A DNA stretch of 64,000 nt from the NCBI RefSeq assembly GCF_018350175.1, contig NC_058368.1, positions 4,526,001 through 4,590,000 of the forward strand, in the 5' to 3' direction. The DNA is from Felis catus. Taxonomy: Eukaryota. Shown here piece after piece: positions 24,063-37,402 of the stretch (the stretch's first letter is position 1; each line of letters starts with the position of its first letter). The translations under genes were made by a program, and so were the position numbers. The notes below the pieces were generated by a model. The model saw nothing but the letters and a program-made list of their open reading frames with translations, ran no database searches and was not told the DNA's origin.

Positions 24063-27000
24063 TAACAAATTGCCCTTTAAGAGTAAAGGTAACGTCTTAA
24101 TTTTAAGACCTCTGCTTCTCCCGTCTTCTGGAAGCAGCACGTGGATTTTTCATCCTTCAGGACCTAGCACACATTTCAGGTCTTTTCTGTATTTACGTGT
24201 TTGTCTTCACATCCTTAAGACTGAGCATGTTTCAAACATTATAAGAGCAAAATAGATACTAGAGGAATTTCACTTTCTTCTTTTGTTTCAATAAAAGGCA
24301 ATTATTAGGGCATGGTCTTAGTTAAGTGCCAACACACAGGTATAATGTGCAGATAAAAAAATCATTTTTTTTGTTTTGTTTTGTGATGGAAGAGCACAGC
24401 ACCAGGAGACAGGCAGTAGAATGGCAGGAATCTGGGCTTTCAAGACAACCTGATCTGGTCTGAGTGCCAGCTACCCTGCTTACAACTGAAATCCTGCTTA
24501 GCTGACTGAGGGAAAAAGTCCTGAATGGTTTTAAGCCTTGGATTCGTCTGGAAGAACAGGAACACGAACAGAGTACGGACACGGTGTGGTTGTCGGCTAG
24601 ATGTTTAGATTTCTTGGCTCTCCTTCCGTGACTTTTAATATTCTTTCTTTTACTTTTAAAATCCAATTTCTGAAACCTGTATTAGACACATGCTATTTTG
24701 AGACATTTTACTTTTTCTTCATTCTAGAGACATTTAAACAAATCTAAGTTTTAGAACTGAGAATGTTTTTTTAACTGTTAAGATCATAACCATTTCAAGG
24801 GTTTGCTGGAAAAATGCTAAACACTTGATGTTTCGGAGACAGAGACTAGAACGCTATGTTCCTTTAAAAAAAGTCTTGCTTGTGGGCAATGATAAGGCAT
24901 GAAGTGCCAGCTCAGACAACTGCCACTGGAGCGAACGGCATCTCTAAAAACACGCAGGCGCTACGGTTCAAGGCACCGCTGTCCGTGTTTGTCCTACTTG
25001 TTCCTGTATACGGAATAATTTCTAAATTCCTCTGACTGCGGAATCCACACTGTCTCACAGCATGGTCCGAAGAGAGTGATTTCAATGCGCTCAGTGTTAG
25101 CAGGCAGGAAAACATTTTTACTGTTAAGTACGTGCCTACAGACAAGTGAGCTGAGTCATCTGGTTTCGCAAATAAATACAAGCAGAGCCTAGTGTCCCCT
25201 GGTAGTAGAGTACAAAAGCAGGACGGGGAAGGGAAAAGAGGCCTGGACCAGACTCAGGACATCCGCACCTGACTACCAAACTCGACATCACCAATACTCC
25301 AGCCTGCCCTCCCAAGAACTGTTCAAATTACTCTCAATAGGTGCTAAGCAAGCAAGATCTGATGCTGTATTTTCTCTCTGATTCATTAATGAAAGAAAAC
25401 TTCTGAAAAGCAGATGCATAAAGAGATAATCCAAACAATAAGAGATCAGACAAAAAAGGGTAATGGTGTGGTTATGATAATTTCAAGGCATCACACGCAT
25501 CTTAACGCCGGCTATTTTCTTTTTTGCTTCTGCTTTAACGAAAAGCTCAGTGGAGTCTCTGAGTGATACTTTGGGACATCTTCAGATAATGCGTGAAATC
25601 TTGGGTCAAGAGAATCAACAGAAAAAAACTCAGCAGAGTTTTCTCTTTTGCTAATAACCGGAGTGTATGCCTTTGAAATTTGCTTAACCCACATTTGGAT
25701 CATAATTAAACAGAATACGGTTCCGTAAAGACTCCCAGTACTCTAGGGCTTTACTCTTGGACGAAGTGAGCTGTCTAAGGTTAAACTGCTGCCTAGTGCA
25801 GGTAAGTAAGTGACTCAGAAGTCTGGCTCTACACATGGCCCGACAGTCCTCACTGCCATTGTCCTGTGTAAGGTCCTCTATTCCTTTGCATGAATGCTAG
25901 CTAAGATTTGCTGCATGTCTACTGTGCGCGGAGTCACTCTCACACATCTGTGGGGCACAGAACATTAATATTTCCTTTTACAAACGAGGACATTAAGACT
26001 TTGAGGTTAAGGTCACATAGCTAGTCAACAGAGGACTGGGCTTCAAATCTGTTTTTGGACCTAAAGATCTATGAATGAGAAAATGAACTTTCATAACAAT
26101 TATTGGAATAACAAATTAGAAGTAGGATCAACAACAACAAACTAAGGCAAAGGAAAAAAATATATTTTCTTGTTTTGACCAAGTAAAAGAATAGATCAAA
26201 GGGTTTTAGTAAGTTTACTAACTTCATCACAGACTTTTCTAAAAAATTGCTTATTTTCTTACAACTTATTTAATTAAAAAAATCAAGAGTTAAAATGGCA
26301 TAAACCCTTATGCTTAAATTTCCTCTACCTCCTTAACGTTGGGATATTACCCTCATAACCCTAAGTCAAGGAATGGAACTCGTGGTGCATATTTAATATT
26401 ATTATTTCTTTCAGAAACATTTAGTAAAAATAAACACGGACACATCTGTATCAATGAGCTTTCAGATGCTGCAATGTAAAGCCAAAATAATCTTTTAATA
26501 AGGTAGCAAGACAAAAGTTCTTTTCATTAGCCCCGGCATTTAGGAGAAATGAGAAAGACAACAGATAAAATGCCTCTGCGCTACAACTTAAAGTCTTGAT
26601 GTCCCCCACAGCCTTGCAGGCACCCTCTCGCAGCATTCTGGCTCTGCCCTCCTGGTGAACTCAAGCTGCCTTTTTCAATCAAGGTCAACTCGGTCCTCCT
26701 TACCGCTAATCCAAGGGGTATTTTTCAGGGTATGCAACTTCACTCTGGATACATGTGACAGCGTTAACCACTCTGTCCCTGACGCCAGTCTTCCTCTGAC
26801 ATCTGGGACACCACTGACCTGTCCGGCCATTCCTTTCCTATCTTCTTTGTGGATTTTTTTTCCTTTACTGGTCCCCAAATGTTGCTGATCGTCTCCTCAT
26901 TTTTCACACGCCCATCTCGGATGATAACATTGCCTCCCACAGCTTGAAGAACAGCCATTCATTTACTGCCGACTTCCGCGTCTTTACTTCCCTCCTGGCT

Positions 27001-29424
27001 CCCCCTCCTCAGTATCAGACCTTCACGATGAAGGGCATGGTGAGGACATCACTTAGCTGTCCCACCTGTGCCTCCAACTCAACGTGTCCGGGACGGAACC
27101 CGGCCCCCCACGCATGTGCCCTTCTCCTATACTCCCCATCACCCTATACTCCTCAGCACCCAAAACATCCAACTGGCCTGACCTCCAGGTTTTCATTTCT
27201 CCAGGACTACGTTCATGTTCTGAGATCAGGGCTCAGGCCGCTTGACCTAGCAACACACTCCCCCGGTCTCCAGAGAGGACACAGTCTAGCCAGCCCCTGC
27301 CTCCAAAATGCCAATCTGATCACCTCACTCCACTTAAAACCCCAGTGGCTCCTACTTGCCCTTGGGCTAGTCTAATCCCCTCACCTGGAGGCCCTAATGG
27401 GCAGGTCCTTACCTCTGATCTCTAGTCTAGACTCCTCTCTCAACACTTCAATCCTTCCCTCACCTTTTGCCATAGCTGGGACACCTACTGAAGAGGTCCC
27501 CCCTCGCGAACGGTCGGACTGCACGAAAGCCCTAAGTCAAAAACACTACACATGCACTCATGCCATGAACTTGACTTAAAACACCTAAAAGTGCAATTGA
27601 ATTCATCTTTGTTATCACAAAGGACCAGAGGTCTTGGTGTGTGATCATCTGACCGGAACTCCGCATTCTTTCTTGCATAAGTCACAACGGAATGTGTCGA
27701 CTGTGATTTCCAGTTTTGGTTTCTTCAAAGTACAGTAATAACCAGAGATGCCCGTGAAGACTTTTGAGTACAGATGTCTTGATTTTTCGTGTTTTACAGC
27801 TATCAATTCTCATCTAATTCGGACAGGAAATAACTTTTTGGCAATTCACCTTTATTGAATCTCTACAAAGTATTCAATTTAGCTTTCATACGTGTGAGAC
27901 TCTTCAGTCTTACATTTCATTTGTTTATATACCTAAGTTAGATCTAGAATTAAAATAATAAACACAGCTGCCTTAAGTGGGTTTGGAGGCATGCCCTTGA
28001 CTCCTGGTAGGGAAATAACTCAAACAGTAGGCAGGAGCAGCCTAACAAAGCAAGCCCTCGGGGTCCTGCAGGCATCAGTCTGAATCTGAAGAACACCTGG
28101 AGTCTGAGAAGCCTGTGGATGGGGTGAGAAAGTTACTGTTGGGCAACCCCAACCTCAGTTTCTCAAATGTGCTCTCCCTTCTCTGGCTTCCACCCTTCGC
28201 AAACGCTGTTCCCTCTGCCTGGAATATACCTTCCCCGACAACAAACCTAATCTAACTCCCATTCACCCTTCACACGTTGTTACCTGCAGGGCTCCCAGAA
28301 CCCGGGCAAGTCCTAGAAGCCCCTGCCTAACTATCAGTTTTCTCTTTTAGAGACTAGCTAGCTAATTGCTGGAACAGAAAAAGAAACATTCTGAGTATGA
28401 CCCCCACCCCACCAGGACTGCGGCTGCGCACATGAGTCCTAAAGTGCCCCACAGTTACCTCAGCTTCATTACGTTAAAATCCCTGCTCCGGCAGGGGCAT
28501 AAGCTTCCTTAGCATAACATACAACGCACGTACCGGCACGTTTTCTGAGTGCACACGTGCACCTTTAGGCCTGTCCCTTTATGCTGAGGCCGCCCCCTTT
28601 CAATATTCGTCCCCAAGCCCAACAGAAGGAGCCTGCTTACCCCTGTTTGGGGAGTCGTGGCTTTGGAAGTGATCCTGTGTTCTCAACAAAGTTACCTCGT
28701 GAGGCAACTCCACCTGGTGTATTCGGTCTCTTACTCCCCAAGGAGCCGACCCGCTGGTTCAGTAACAACATCTCAACGTTGGTATCATTTCCTCCAGGAA
28801 GTCCCGGGCTCCCCACATCTGATATGCATGCTCTCTCTTCACACTTGGCTCCCTGATCCTTGCAGCGGCTTGACAAGTCCCCACGCCCTACTGGAGGTTC
28901 CGTGAGAACGGTCTCTGGCTTCCTCCGGACCACCCAGCCCCCGGCAGGGTGCTTCACTCATAACAGGGCGTACATACGGATACACAGATGGAGACACGTA
29001 TCTCACATCATTACACACGCTTGCTAAATGTATACAAAGGAGGTATCTCCTAAACCAAGGGCCTATTAACAGCTCAGCTCTGAAAGCAGAGCACCCTGGG
29101 CACTTCCTGAAATAGCACCGTGCGATCATGTCTCAACGGCACGCCCTGTATCACTTCTAATACTAGTGTCAACGTCAGAATAAGGCTGAATAAACTTGCT
29201 TTTACAACTCAAACTAGTTCAATGGGGAAAACAAATACACCTAAGGAAATCTTTTCCGTTTCTGAGTAAATACATTTCAGCACAAAACCAAACTGAAGAA
29301 ACAGGTGTCGAAGACAGGAAAAGAACGTCACCCCTAACCCCCAACTGGGCATTAAAGACAGCAGACAACGTCTCAGCGCACTTTTCCTTTCCTTTGGACA
29401 AACCGACCTTAACCGTGTAGGTAA

Positions 29425-29790
29425 CACGCGCCGGATGACACCGAACAAGGCGGGGGGCCGTCCCGGGGCCGCCGTTGCAGGGCCGGCGCTGCGGGGGCGG
29501 GACGCGGGGCGGGCAACGCACGGGGGCCACGCGGGTGGGGGCGCCTCTCCAGCCCCCAGGCCCCCGGGGTGGCCCCGCCCGGTGCTGGCGCAGCTGCACG
29601 CCGGCCTCGGCTTAAGGAGAGTCCCCACCAGGCTTCCCAAGAGGCGGCCGACCCCATCGTCTCTGCCTGGGCCTTTCGCATTACCGTTGATTCAGCAAGG
29701 AGAACTCCCGGTGTCGCCGCGGGGTTCCCCGAGGCAATCGTCTACCCGGCACCCCAAGCCTCCCGGGACTACTCGCGGAGGACCAGCACC
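29425..29790. promoter_or_regulatory. Small intronic CpG island with GC boxes
   Basis: Abrupt GC/CpG-rich patch with ggggcggg twice (29494-29513) and ccccgccc (~29573). Confidence 0.6.
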
Positions 29791-30271
29791 CACCTCTGCA
29801 AGAAGTCACAGAGGGGAATGAACCAAGCTTGAAGGCACTGGGCAGAAGCCAGTGCCTATGGACAGTTAGCGCATGTTCGACCAACTGGCCAATGGGGGCC
29901 CCCCAAAGATAGTAAGTGAGCTCTCTTCACCTCCTGACCCGGCAGATGGTCCTGCCGAGTGTTTCCACACGGATACGCACAGTGCAAGCGATGTTAAGTG
30001 TAGGGGAAGCCGGAGGCCATGCGGGGGTAGGCACACCACTGCCATTACACTTTTCTCTAAAATAGTCCTCAAGTTATGCTGCAGCAAAATGAAAAATACA
30101 ATAGGTTGAACTTCTTATCGCGAAATAATTTATTTGGGAAATTTCTACGCTGCCTTATTTCTCACACTTGGCTTTGTATTCTAGTGGTAGGCCGTGGTAA
30201 GACCAACGATCAGTTTGCCGTCCGTGGTATCTTTTACCTGCTTTTCTTATTGGCGCTAGAACCAGGAGTTT

Positions 30272-30505
30272 TTTTTTTTTTTTTTTTTTTAATTTTTTTT
30301 TTCAACGTTTATTTATTTTTGGGACAGAGAGAGACAGAGCATGAACGGGGGAGGGGCAGAGAGAGAGGGAGACACAGAATCGGCAACAGGCTCCAGGCTC
30401 CAAGCCATCAGCCCAGAGCCTGACGCGGGGCTCGAACTCACGGACCGCGAGATCCTGACCTGGCTGAAGTCGGACGCTTAACCGACTGCGCCACCCAGGC
30501 GCCCC
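30272..30505 (-). mobile_element. Young felid SINE (SINEC_Fc-like)
   Basis: Nearly identical to the other young copies in the window; long T tract; TSD ctagaaccaggagttttt. Confidence 0.93.
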
Positions 30506-30551
30506 ACTAGAACCAGGAGTTTTTAAACACTCAGAGCAGGTTTTCAAAATA

Positions 30552-30928
30552 CAGTTGACTCGAACAACATGGGTTTTGAGATGTGTGGGTCCACATATAT
30601 GCAGATTTTTTTTTCAATAAATTTAGTGCAATACTGTAAATGTATTAGTCTCTTTCTAATTTTTGAAGTTTTAAAAGTCAGCAGGCTTGTCTTATGATTT
30701 TCTTAACATTTTCTTTAGCTTACTTTATTATAAGAATACAGTATATAATATATATAACATACAAAATATGTGTTAATCAACTGCATATGTTACCAGTAAG
30801 GCTTCTGAGCAACAGGAGGCTGTTAGTAGTTAAGTTCTGGAGGAACCAAAAGTTACACCCTGATTTTGGATTACATAGGGTGGGGATGGAGCAGGTCCCT
30901 AACCCCCATATTATTCAAGGGCCAACTA
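30552..30928. mobile_element. Tigger2a-like MITE (Tc1/mariner)
   Basis: TA-flanked, with degenerate TIRs cagttgactcgaacaac ... ttattcaagggccaact. Confidence 0.75.
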
Positions 30929-31029
30929 TATTCCCTCCACCAATCATGAGCTAGCTCTAATGTGCTCACAGACAGGTTGGCCAGTGTACAATTTGGGTCG
31001 TTCCGTCCTTTGTAGACCAAGATGTTTTT

Positions 31030-31716
31030 TATATCCAAGTGTTGGCGAAAATGTGGAGAAAAAAGAACCCTCATGCACTGTTGGTGAGAATACAAACTGG
31101 TGCAGCCACTGTGGAAAGCAGTATGGAGGGCCCCCCCTCCCCCACCCCGCCAAATTAAAAATAGACCTACCATATGATCCAGTAATCACACTACTGGTTA
31201 TTTATACAAAGAATATGAAAACACTAATTTGAAAGGATGTACGTACCCCTATGTTTACCGAAGCATTATTTACAACAGTCAAATTATAGAAGCAGACCAA
31301 GTGTCTATTGACGGATACACACACACACACACACACACGCACGCACGCACAACACGAAATATTACTTAGCCATCAAAAAGGATGAAATCTTACCATTTAT
31401 GACAATATGGATGGAGCTAGAGAGTATAATGCTAAGTAAAATAAGTCAGAGAAAGAAAAATGCCACATGATTTCACTCATATATGGAATTTAAGAAACAA
31501 AACAAAGGGGGGGGGGGAGAGGAAACAGACTCTTTACTATAGAGAACTGATGGTTACCAGAGGGGAAGGAGGGGGGAGAAGGGGTAAAATAGGTGAAGGG
31601 GATTAAGAGTACTCTTACCATGTTAAGAACTGAGTAATTCATAAAAACGCTGAATCACTATATTCTACACCTGAAACTAATCTAACATTGTATATTAACT
31701 ACGCTGGGAATTTAAA
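31030..31716 (+). mobile_element. 5'-truncated LINE-1 (ORF2 C-terminus and 3' UTR) with internal (CA)n
   Basis: Translation [29 protein letters not shown]...[14 protein letters not shown]; carnivore-type L1 3' UTR. Confidence 0.88.
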
Positions 31717-32043
31717 CATATATATATTCTTTACATATGTCTTGCCTTTAAGGACTGGACTTTTTGGTTGGTTTCCTAAGGAAAGGTTGTAGATGGGGCT
31801 TCTGATTTAGAGTTTTGCAATGCCACTGTTAGCAACTATTACATCATTTTGCTGAAGACTGAGTGATTCTGGCCTAGGTCATTACAGGGCTACAATGGCT
31901 TAATCTGATTCTCTTTCCTAGCTTGCAAAAAATGACTATATTCATAGGAAAGTACGATGTAAAATTTTTTAAAAATCAAACCAAGCAATAATTTGAGTAA
32001 TTTAGAAATATTTGTAAAAGCCATAAAAAGCCTAATATAGTCA

Positions 32044-32135
32044 GGGCACCTGGCTGCCTCAGTCGGTACAGCATATGCATTTGAGCCCATTGTGTGGTGT
32101 AGAGTGTACTTTAAAAAAAAAAAAAAAAAAAAAAA
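32044..32135 (+). mobile_element. Short SINEC-related insertion with long A tail
   Basis: gggcacctggctgcctcagtcggt head, no CT tract, A tail of about 24 nt; flanks aaaaagcctaat / aaaaagtctaat. Confidence 0.7.
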
Positions 32136-34299
32136 AGTCTAATCAAATCAACTTGTCAGTGTATCTCCTCAGAAAACCATTTTCTTAGTTTTTATATTTA
32201 ATCATTACTGTACCTAATCTTGTTTCTCTGTTGTGTGGCATTATTACATAATAATATAGTATTTATTGGTTAATGAGAAGCCTTTTAAAAATATAACAAA
32301 CAGATATTTTTTAAAATGGCATCCCCAGATCTCCGGATCTTCAATGTCATGTTTTAGCTCCTTGCTTGTGACCCATAAAGATTCCACAGAAATTTAATAG
32401 CTGAAGAAACTGAATGTTTTCCTTTCTGGTTAAGATCATCGCTTGCCGTATGTCACACGAGCAAGCTAACCTAAACTCAATGTGTGAAATGAGAAGAAAG
32501 AGAAGGATGAGCAGACACGAGCAGGAAGAATTTTGAAAAGTGATCGAATTTGGCTTCTGATCAATACAGATCAGTTGGGGGAAGACGTGTGGCAGAAACC
32601 CAAAGCAAATTTGGGAAAATCAGGAGCACAGGTAGGTTGTGACATAATAAATTGCCTTGGATGTAAGACAGTAGCTTCATAAAAGAAAGCAAAAGGCAGC
32701 AAAGATAATCGCCTACGAGAAAGTTACCACCGCAGAGGCATGCTTGGGGAGACCCGGGGAGAAAGAAGGGCCACAGACACCATCAGCAGCAAAGCGGTAA
32801 GGTTGTATCGGCTGGCAGCTCCCCCTTCGCGAACTTTATAAAAGCACTGACAAGTGCTTTCTGATTCCTGATTCGATTCTATGATTTCAATACGTCACCC
32901 ATCTGATCATTACTGAGGACTGTTCCATGTGACCTTCCTTCACAGACTATAAGGGGCTAGTAAGGAGGTAAGACCGTACTTTACGGTGCCAGGAAGTGCC
33001 CAGAAGGGAGAGAGAGCTCACCTCCACCTGAAGGAGTAGGTCTTTATTTCTTAACAAAAATTAATTCGCTAATACCCAAATATCTACATTTTGAGAAAAA
33101 TTTAGTTGCGGCCATTTCTTGATTTGCAGATTTGGGGAGCAAATCCAGGGAAGAGGAAGCATACTTTCATTATTTTTTTAAACGTGTATGACACATTTCA
33201 AACAAACGCAAGAGCAGAGAAATTAAACGATGAACCCACAATTGTCAGTTTTTTCCCAACTTTTCTCAGCAACTTTTCGGAGCGTTTTAAAGCAAACCTC
33301 ACATATGCTGTTTCGTGCAAAAACTATTTGACTATGTACCCATAACAAACAAGGGCTTCAAAATAACTGCACTATCGTTATCCCTACTAACAAAACGAAC
33401 AACAATTCCTTCACTGAATTCTCAGTCCATGTGAAAATCTCCCCGCCTGTCTCCTAACGATCTTTTTATACTGGTTTGCCGGTATCAGGATCCAAACAAG
33501 GTGTTCGCGCTGCGTTTACTGAACGTGAATTTAGATTCAACCCAGTCTATCCATTTGGGTGACGTCTACCAGAGATCATGCGTTCAACACACGGGCTCAT
33601 GGACCTGGCTGTCGTCCCAGCACTTAGAAGGGCCACAGACCTGGACCCAGCACTGGCCCACTCTTAAGGCAGTGGAGGGGCCAGCATCTGGCACAGAGGA
33701 AGAAAGAAGTACAGAGGCCAGAAAGGCAGAGATGCGGTACCTGGTCTATCACGGACTCACCACCCCCCGGGCCGGGTCTCCCAAACCAGGTGATGGGAGT
33801 GGCAGCCACTTTTCTAAGCACTGTACTGCTCATCTGCCTAGGTGAGGGAAGTCGGCGAGAGAGGCCTCTGTTGCACGGAAACCCGGGACCCCCATGGAGG
33901 TAGGACAGCTGTCACAGGAAAAGAGGACACGGCTCCTAAACGGGGCAGCACGTCCAGTTTACTCACCGGAATAGCTGGCCCACGCAATTTCTGGCTGTCC
34001 CCAACCTATTACAGGGTCTGCAGGAACAAAAGTGGTAACTCCACTACAGTACTACCTGATTTGTATAGCAGGGCATTTCCAAATCTGGTGACAGGAACCT
34101 GACTTGAACCACCATGGCAGAGAATCAAGGACCCTTACACGGCTCCCAGATTGGGTGGTTTCCAAACTCGGGGCCTCTTTATGAAGCAGAAGCCAGGTAA
34201 CTTGGGGGTCAGTATCCCACAGTTAACAACTCTTCCTTCCAGCCTTCCCAAAAGGGATCTTCCAACATTCACCCTCCACCCAGGAAGGGAAACCCCCAG

Positions 34300-35240
34300 T
34301 AGTAAAATCAAGGCGAGAACTCTTCCTAATCCTTTCTGAGTGGGAGGAGAAAGGGCCTCAGCAGGGACTTAGCTTGTGTGGATACATGGTTAGGACAATG
34401 GCTTGGCTGAATAGCTTGGAGGAATTTGGGAAGAACAGAGTAGGTAATGGACTGGTTTCGGGAAGGAGTATAATTAAATATGTCAGAATGCATGAGAAAT
34501 CGTCTGTCCCATATGAATGTCCAGTCGCATCCCATGTGAATCCTACTGCAAAAGAGGCTGTTTAATAATTGTGTGAACATTATGTCCCATTCTATAAACG
34601 CCAATCTCTGTTTCTAGTCATCTTGATGCTTACTCAGTGGGTTCGGGGTAAAAAAAAAAAAAAGAAAAAAAAAAAAGGCCATGGTGGCAGAAATGGATGC
34701 CAAGCCTGGGCTAAACCACAGGGTGTCCCTCTCAACAAAGTTAATGACATGGTTCCTTGAAGGAACCAGACAGCTCCTTGTGGAAAGCTGATTACAATGG
34801 ACCCTTTCATAATAGAGGGGTGGATGATCTGTCCTTAGTGGCAAAGAGATTTATTCTAGATTTGGATTTGTTTTCCTTACCTGTCAGACCTCTGCTAGAA
34901 TCGCACTGAAGGCCTCACACAACGTCGTGGCACCTCACATGACCATGCCTCTACCCGAGGGCCCCAGTGAGGGAAGCACGGTGATAGGCCAGTGTCCACG
35001 AGTGTCGCGAGCTTTATTCTTGTTTACCATTGTCCACAAGCATGGAATCACGGCCTAATGAAAATGATGTTATGGAGACAGCTTGGGGACACATCTTGAA
35101 ATTGCGATGCTGCCTTGGATAGGGTCTGTATAGCACTGAATCGGTGACTGGTACGGTGCTGTGCACCCATGGCCAGAGTACATGGGTCCAGAAACAAAGG
35201 GCAAGCACAGGGACTGCTTCTCATGATTACTGAATAACAC
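34300..35240 (+). mobile_element. ERVL-class endogenous retrovirus pol fossil (RNase H/integrase), heavily disrupted
   Basis: Frameshifted peptides LTQWV..GHGGRNGCQAWAKPQGVPLNK, LWKADYNGP, VLSGKEIYSRFGFVF and ARVHGSRNKG parallel ERVL integrase (GHGGRDGGYAWAQQHGLPLTK, WQVDYIGP, LTGIDTYSGYGFAF, ARIHGSRNQG). Boundaries approximate. Confidence 0.78.
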
Positions 35241-36760
35241 ATTTGCAAAATATTTTCTTCCTGTTCAACAGCTTCGCCTGTCAAAACTGAATTTATTCCC
35301 CCAAGAGAGAAGTCCTTCCACCAGAACTCGCAGGCCTGGCCCCACTGGATCTGAACCAAGGCCGGCCATTTTTGCCGCCCTGTGCACTGGGGAAAATGAG
35401 CACCCAAGACAGACATGGACGTCTTTTGTGGTCACTGCCACCGCTGTTTCCCAACTGGACTTATGCAACAGTGTCCAAACCAGTCTCCCCTCCTCTGCCT
35501 TTTCTCCCCCACACTGTCCTTCCTCTCTAAAGCTTAAATCAGTGCCTTTCACTCCCCGGCTGGCAATGGCTTCCGGTTTCACTTCGAATAATGCCAAGTC
35601 CTACCCAAGACCTGCAGTGCCCTTTCTGTCCGGCCGCAGCCTCCCCACCAGACTGCAACGCCCTCTTCTGCCCTTGTGTCTTGAACTCCGGTCACGCTGG
35701 CCCTCTCGCGGAACCTCAGACACATCAAGTTCCAGTCTAACGTTGGGCCCCTGATGTTCCTTCCACTGGGACTTCTCCTCCCTCAGATCTTTGGCTCTCA
35801 CTCACCTTTAAAGCCTCCACTCCAGTGTCACCTCCTCAGGGACACTAGGTCACCCTCTGCTGTGCCCGTTGCCACACTCTCTACCGTATCACCCACGTTC
35901 TTCTCTCGGGAGCCATCATTACGGCCTGAGATCATGCTCTTTACTGACTTACTGGATTGGTTTCAATACTGGAATGTGAAGTTTGTGATGCTTTATCCTC
36001 TGCTGTATTTCCAAATGGTAAAACCAGTGCCTGGAAGGCTCAGGTTGGTGCTCCACACGTTTTTTTTTCTTTATAGATGGGCTGCTTTTTTGACTAAGGG
36101 AGGCAAATAAGTAAGACTACTGCGACTCTAAGCGAGCAGAACCACTAAGAGCCCCACACGACGGAGTGAAGGTCTGGGCCACCTCAGCTGGCAAAGAACA
36201 CTACCAGGGAAGGTACTGGGCAGGGGCCAGGGGAGCATGCAACAGCAATGAGATGAGCAAAGTCAAAACCAGCGGGTATGACCTTGCAACCAGAAGCAGG
36301 AGGGATTTCCTTTTGTGGTACCATGTTTATATACATAATATTTGTTTTCTATTTCCTTTCCTCCCCGCCCCCACCTCTTTCCATTATGATTATGGTATGC
36401 TGCTTAAATTTACCTCTGGGTTTACGGAATGGAAAAGGCATTGCGGAACTGCAGAAGAAATGGATAGGACTCGGGGAGGGGGGCCTAGACTTGGACATGT
36501 TTGCAGTAACTGACAAGCTTTTGAGTTGTCTCCCTCTAGGGAAAGACTCAGCGGGGGTTGAATTATGCATCATGTTAGAATGACATTTTTTTAGACATGC
36601 CTACCCTCCACGCATCTTCAGTTTTCTTTATAATACTGCCTGCCATATTACAGAGTCATTTGTTAACTCATTATCCCCTCACCAGAGTGTAAGTGATTTA
36701 AGGGCTTTTGCTCACTCCTGTCATCTGGCACATGGGAAGCACTCAACAGCTACTGAATAT

Positions 36761-36801
36761 ATGAATGAATGAATGAATGAATGAATGAATGAATGAATGA
36801 A
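36761..36801. repeat. (GAAT)n tract at an L2 3' end
   Basis: Follows L2-like tggcacatgggaagcactcaacagctactgaat. Confidence 0.85.
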
Positions 36802-36829
36802 GAACCTGTTCAGGATCTATTTCTATTTG

Positions 36830-36978
36830 GTTTTTTTTTTAATGTTTGTTTATTTATTTTGAGAGAGAGAGAATCCCACACAAGTGACATGGGGATCCAT
36901 CTCATGAACAGTGAGATCATGAGCTGGGCTGAAATCAAGAGTCAGATGCTTCCCCGACTGAGCAACCCAGACACCCCT
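36830..36978 (-). mobile_element. Diverged carnivore SINE
   Basis: Reverse SINEC remnants (gagatcatgagctgggctgaaatcaagagtcagatgct). Confidence 0.75.
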
Positions 36979-37171
36979 ATTTCTAACACTACTTGGACTT
37001 CCTCTAAGGGAATGACCTCCCTTCCATTGTGTTCAGCTTCGGTGACAGGGACCCAGGTACCTGCCTCCTAATATGGAAGGCGAAGGGTCTCTGGAGGCAC
37101 CCAGACCTTGTGCTTGTCCCAGCGGCACCAGGTGGCAGACACATCACCTAAGCTTCAAGAATCGATTTCTC

Positions 37172-37402
37172 GGGGCACCTGGGTGGCTCAGTCGGTCAAG
37201 CGTCCAACTTTAGCTCAGGTCATGATCTCGCGGTTCATGGTTTTGAATCCCACGTCAGGCTATGTGCTGATAGCTCAGAGCCTGGAGCCTGCTTTGGATT
37301 CTGTGTCTCCCTCTCTCTCTGCCCCTCCCCTACTCGTGCTCTGTCCCTCAAAAATAAATAATAACCATTAAAAAACTTTTTAAAAAAGAAAGAAAGAAAA
37401 AA
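37172..37402 (+). mobile_element. Carnivore SINE
   Basis: SINEC structure; TSD aatcgatttctc / aattgatttctc. Confidence 0.9.

Noticed and set aside
29681..29690. Donor-like AACG|gtaatg in the small CpG island as a coding first exon
   Set aside because: The phase-1 frame has a stop just upstream and no ATG; at most a UTR exon.
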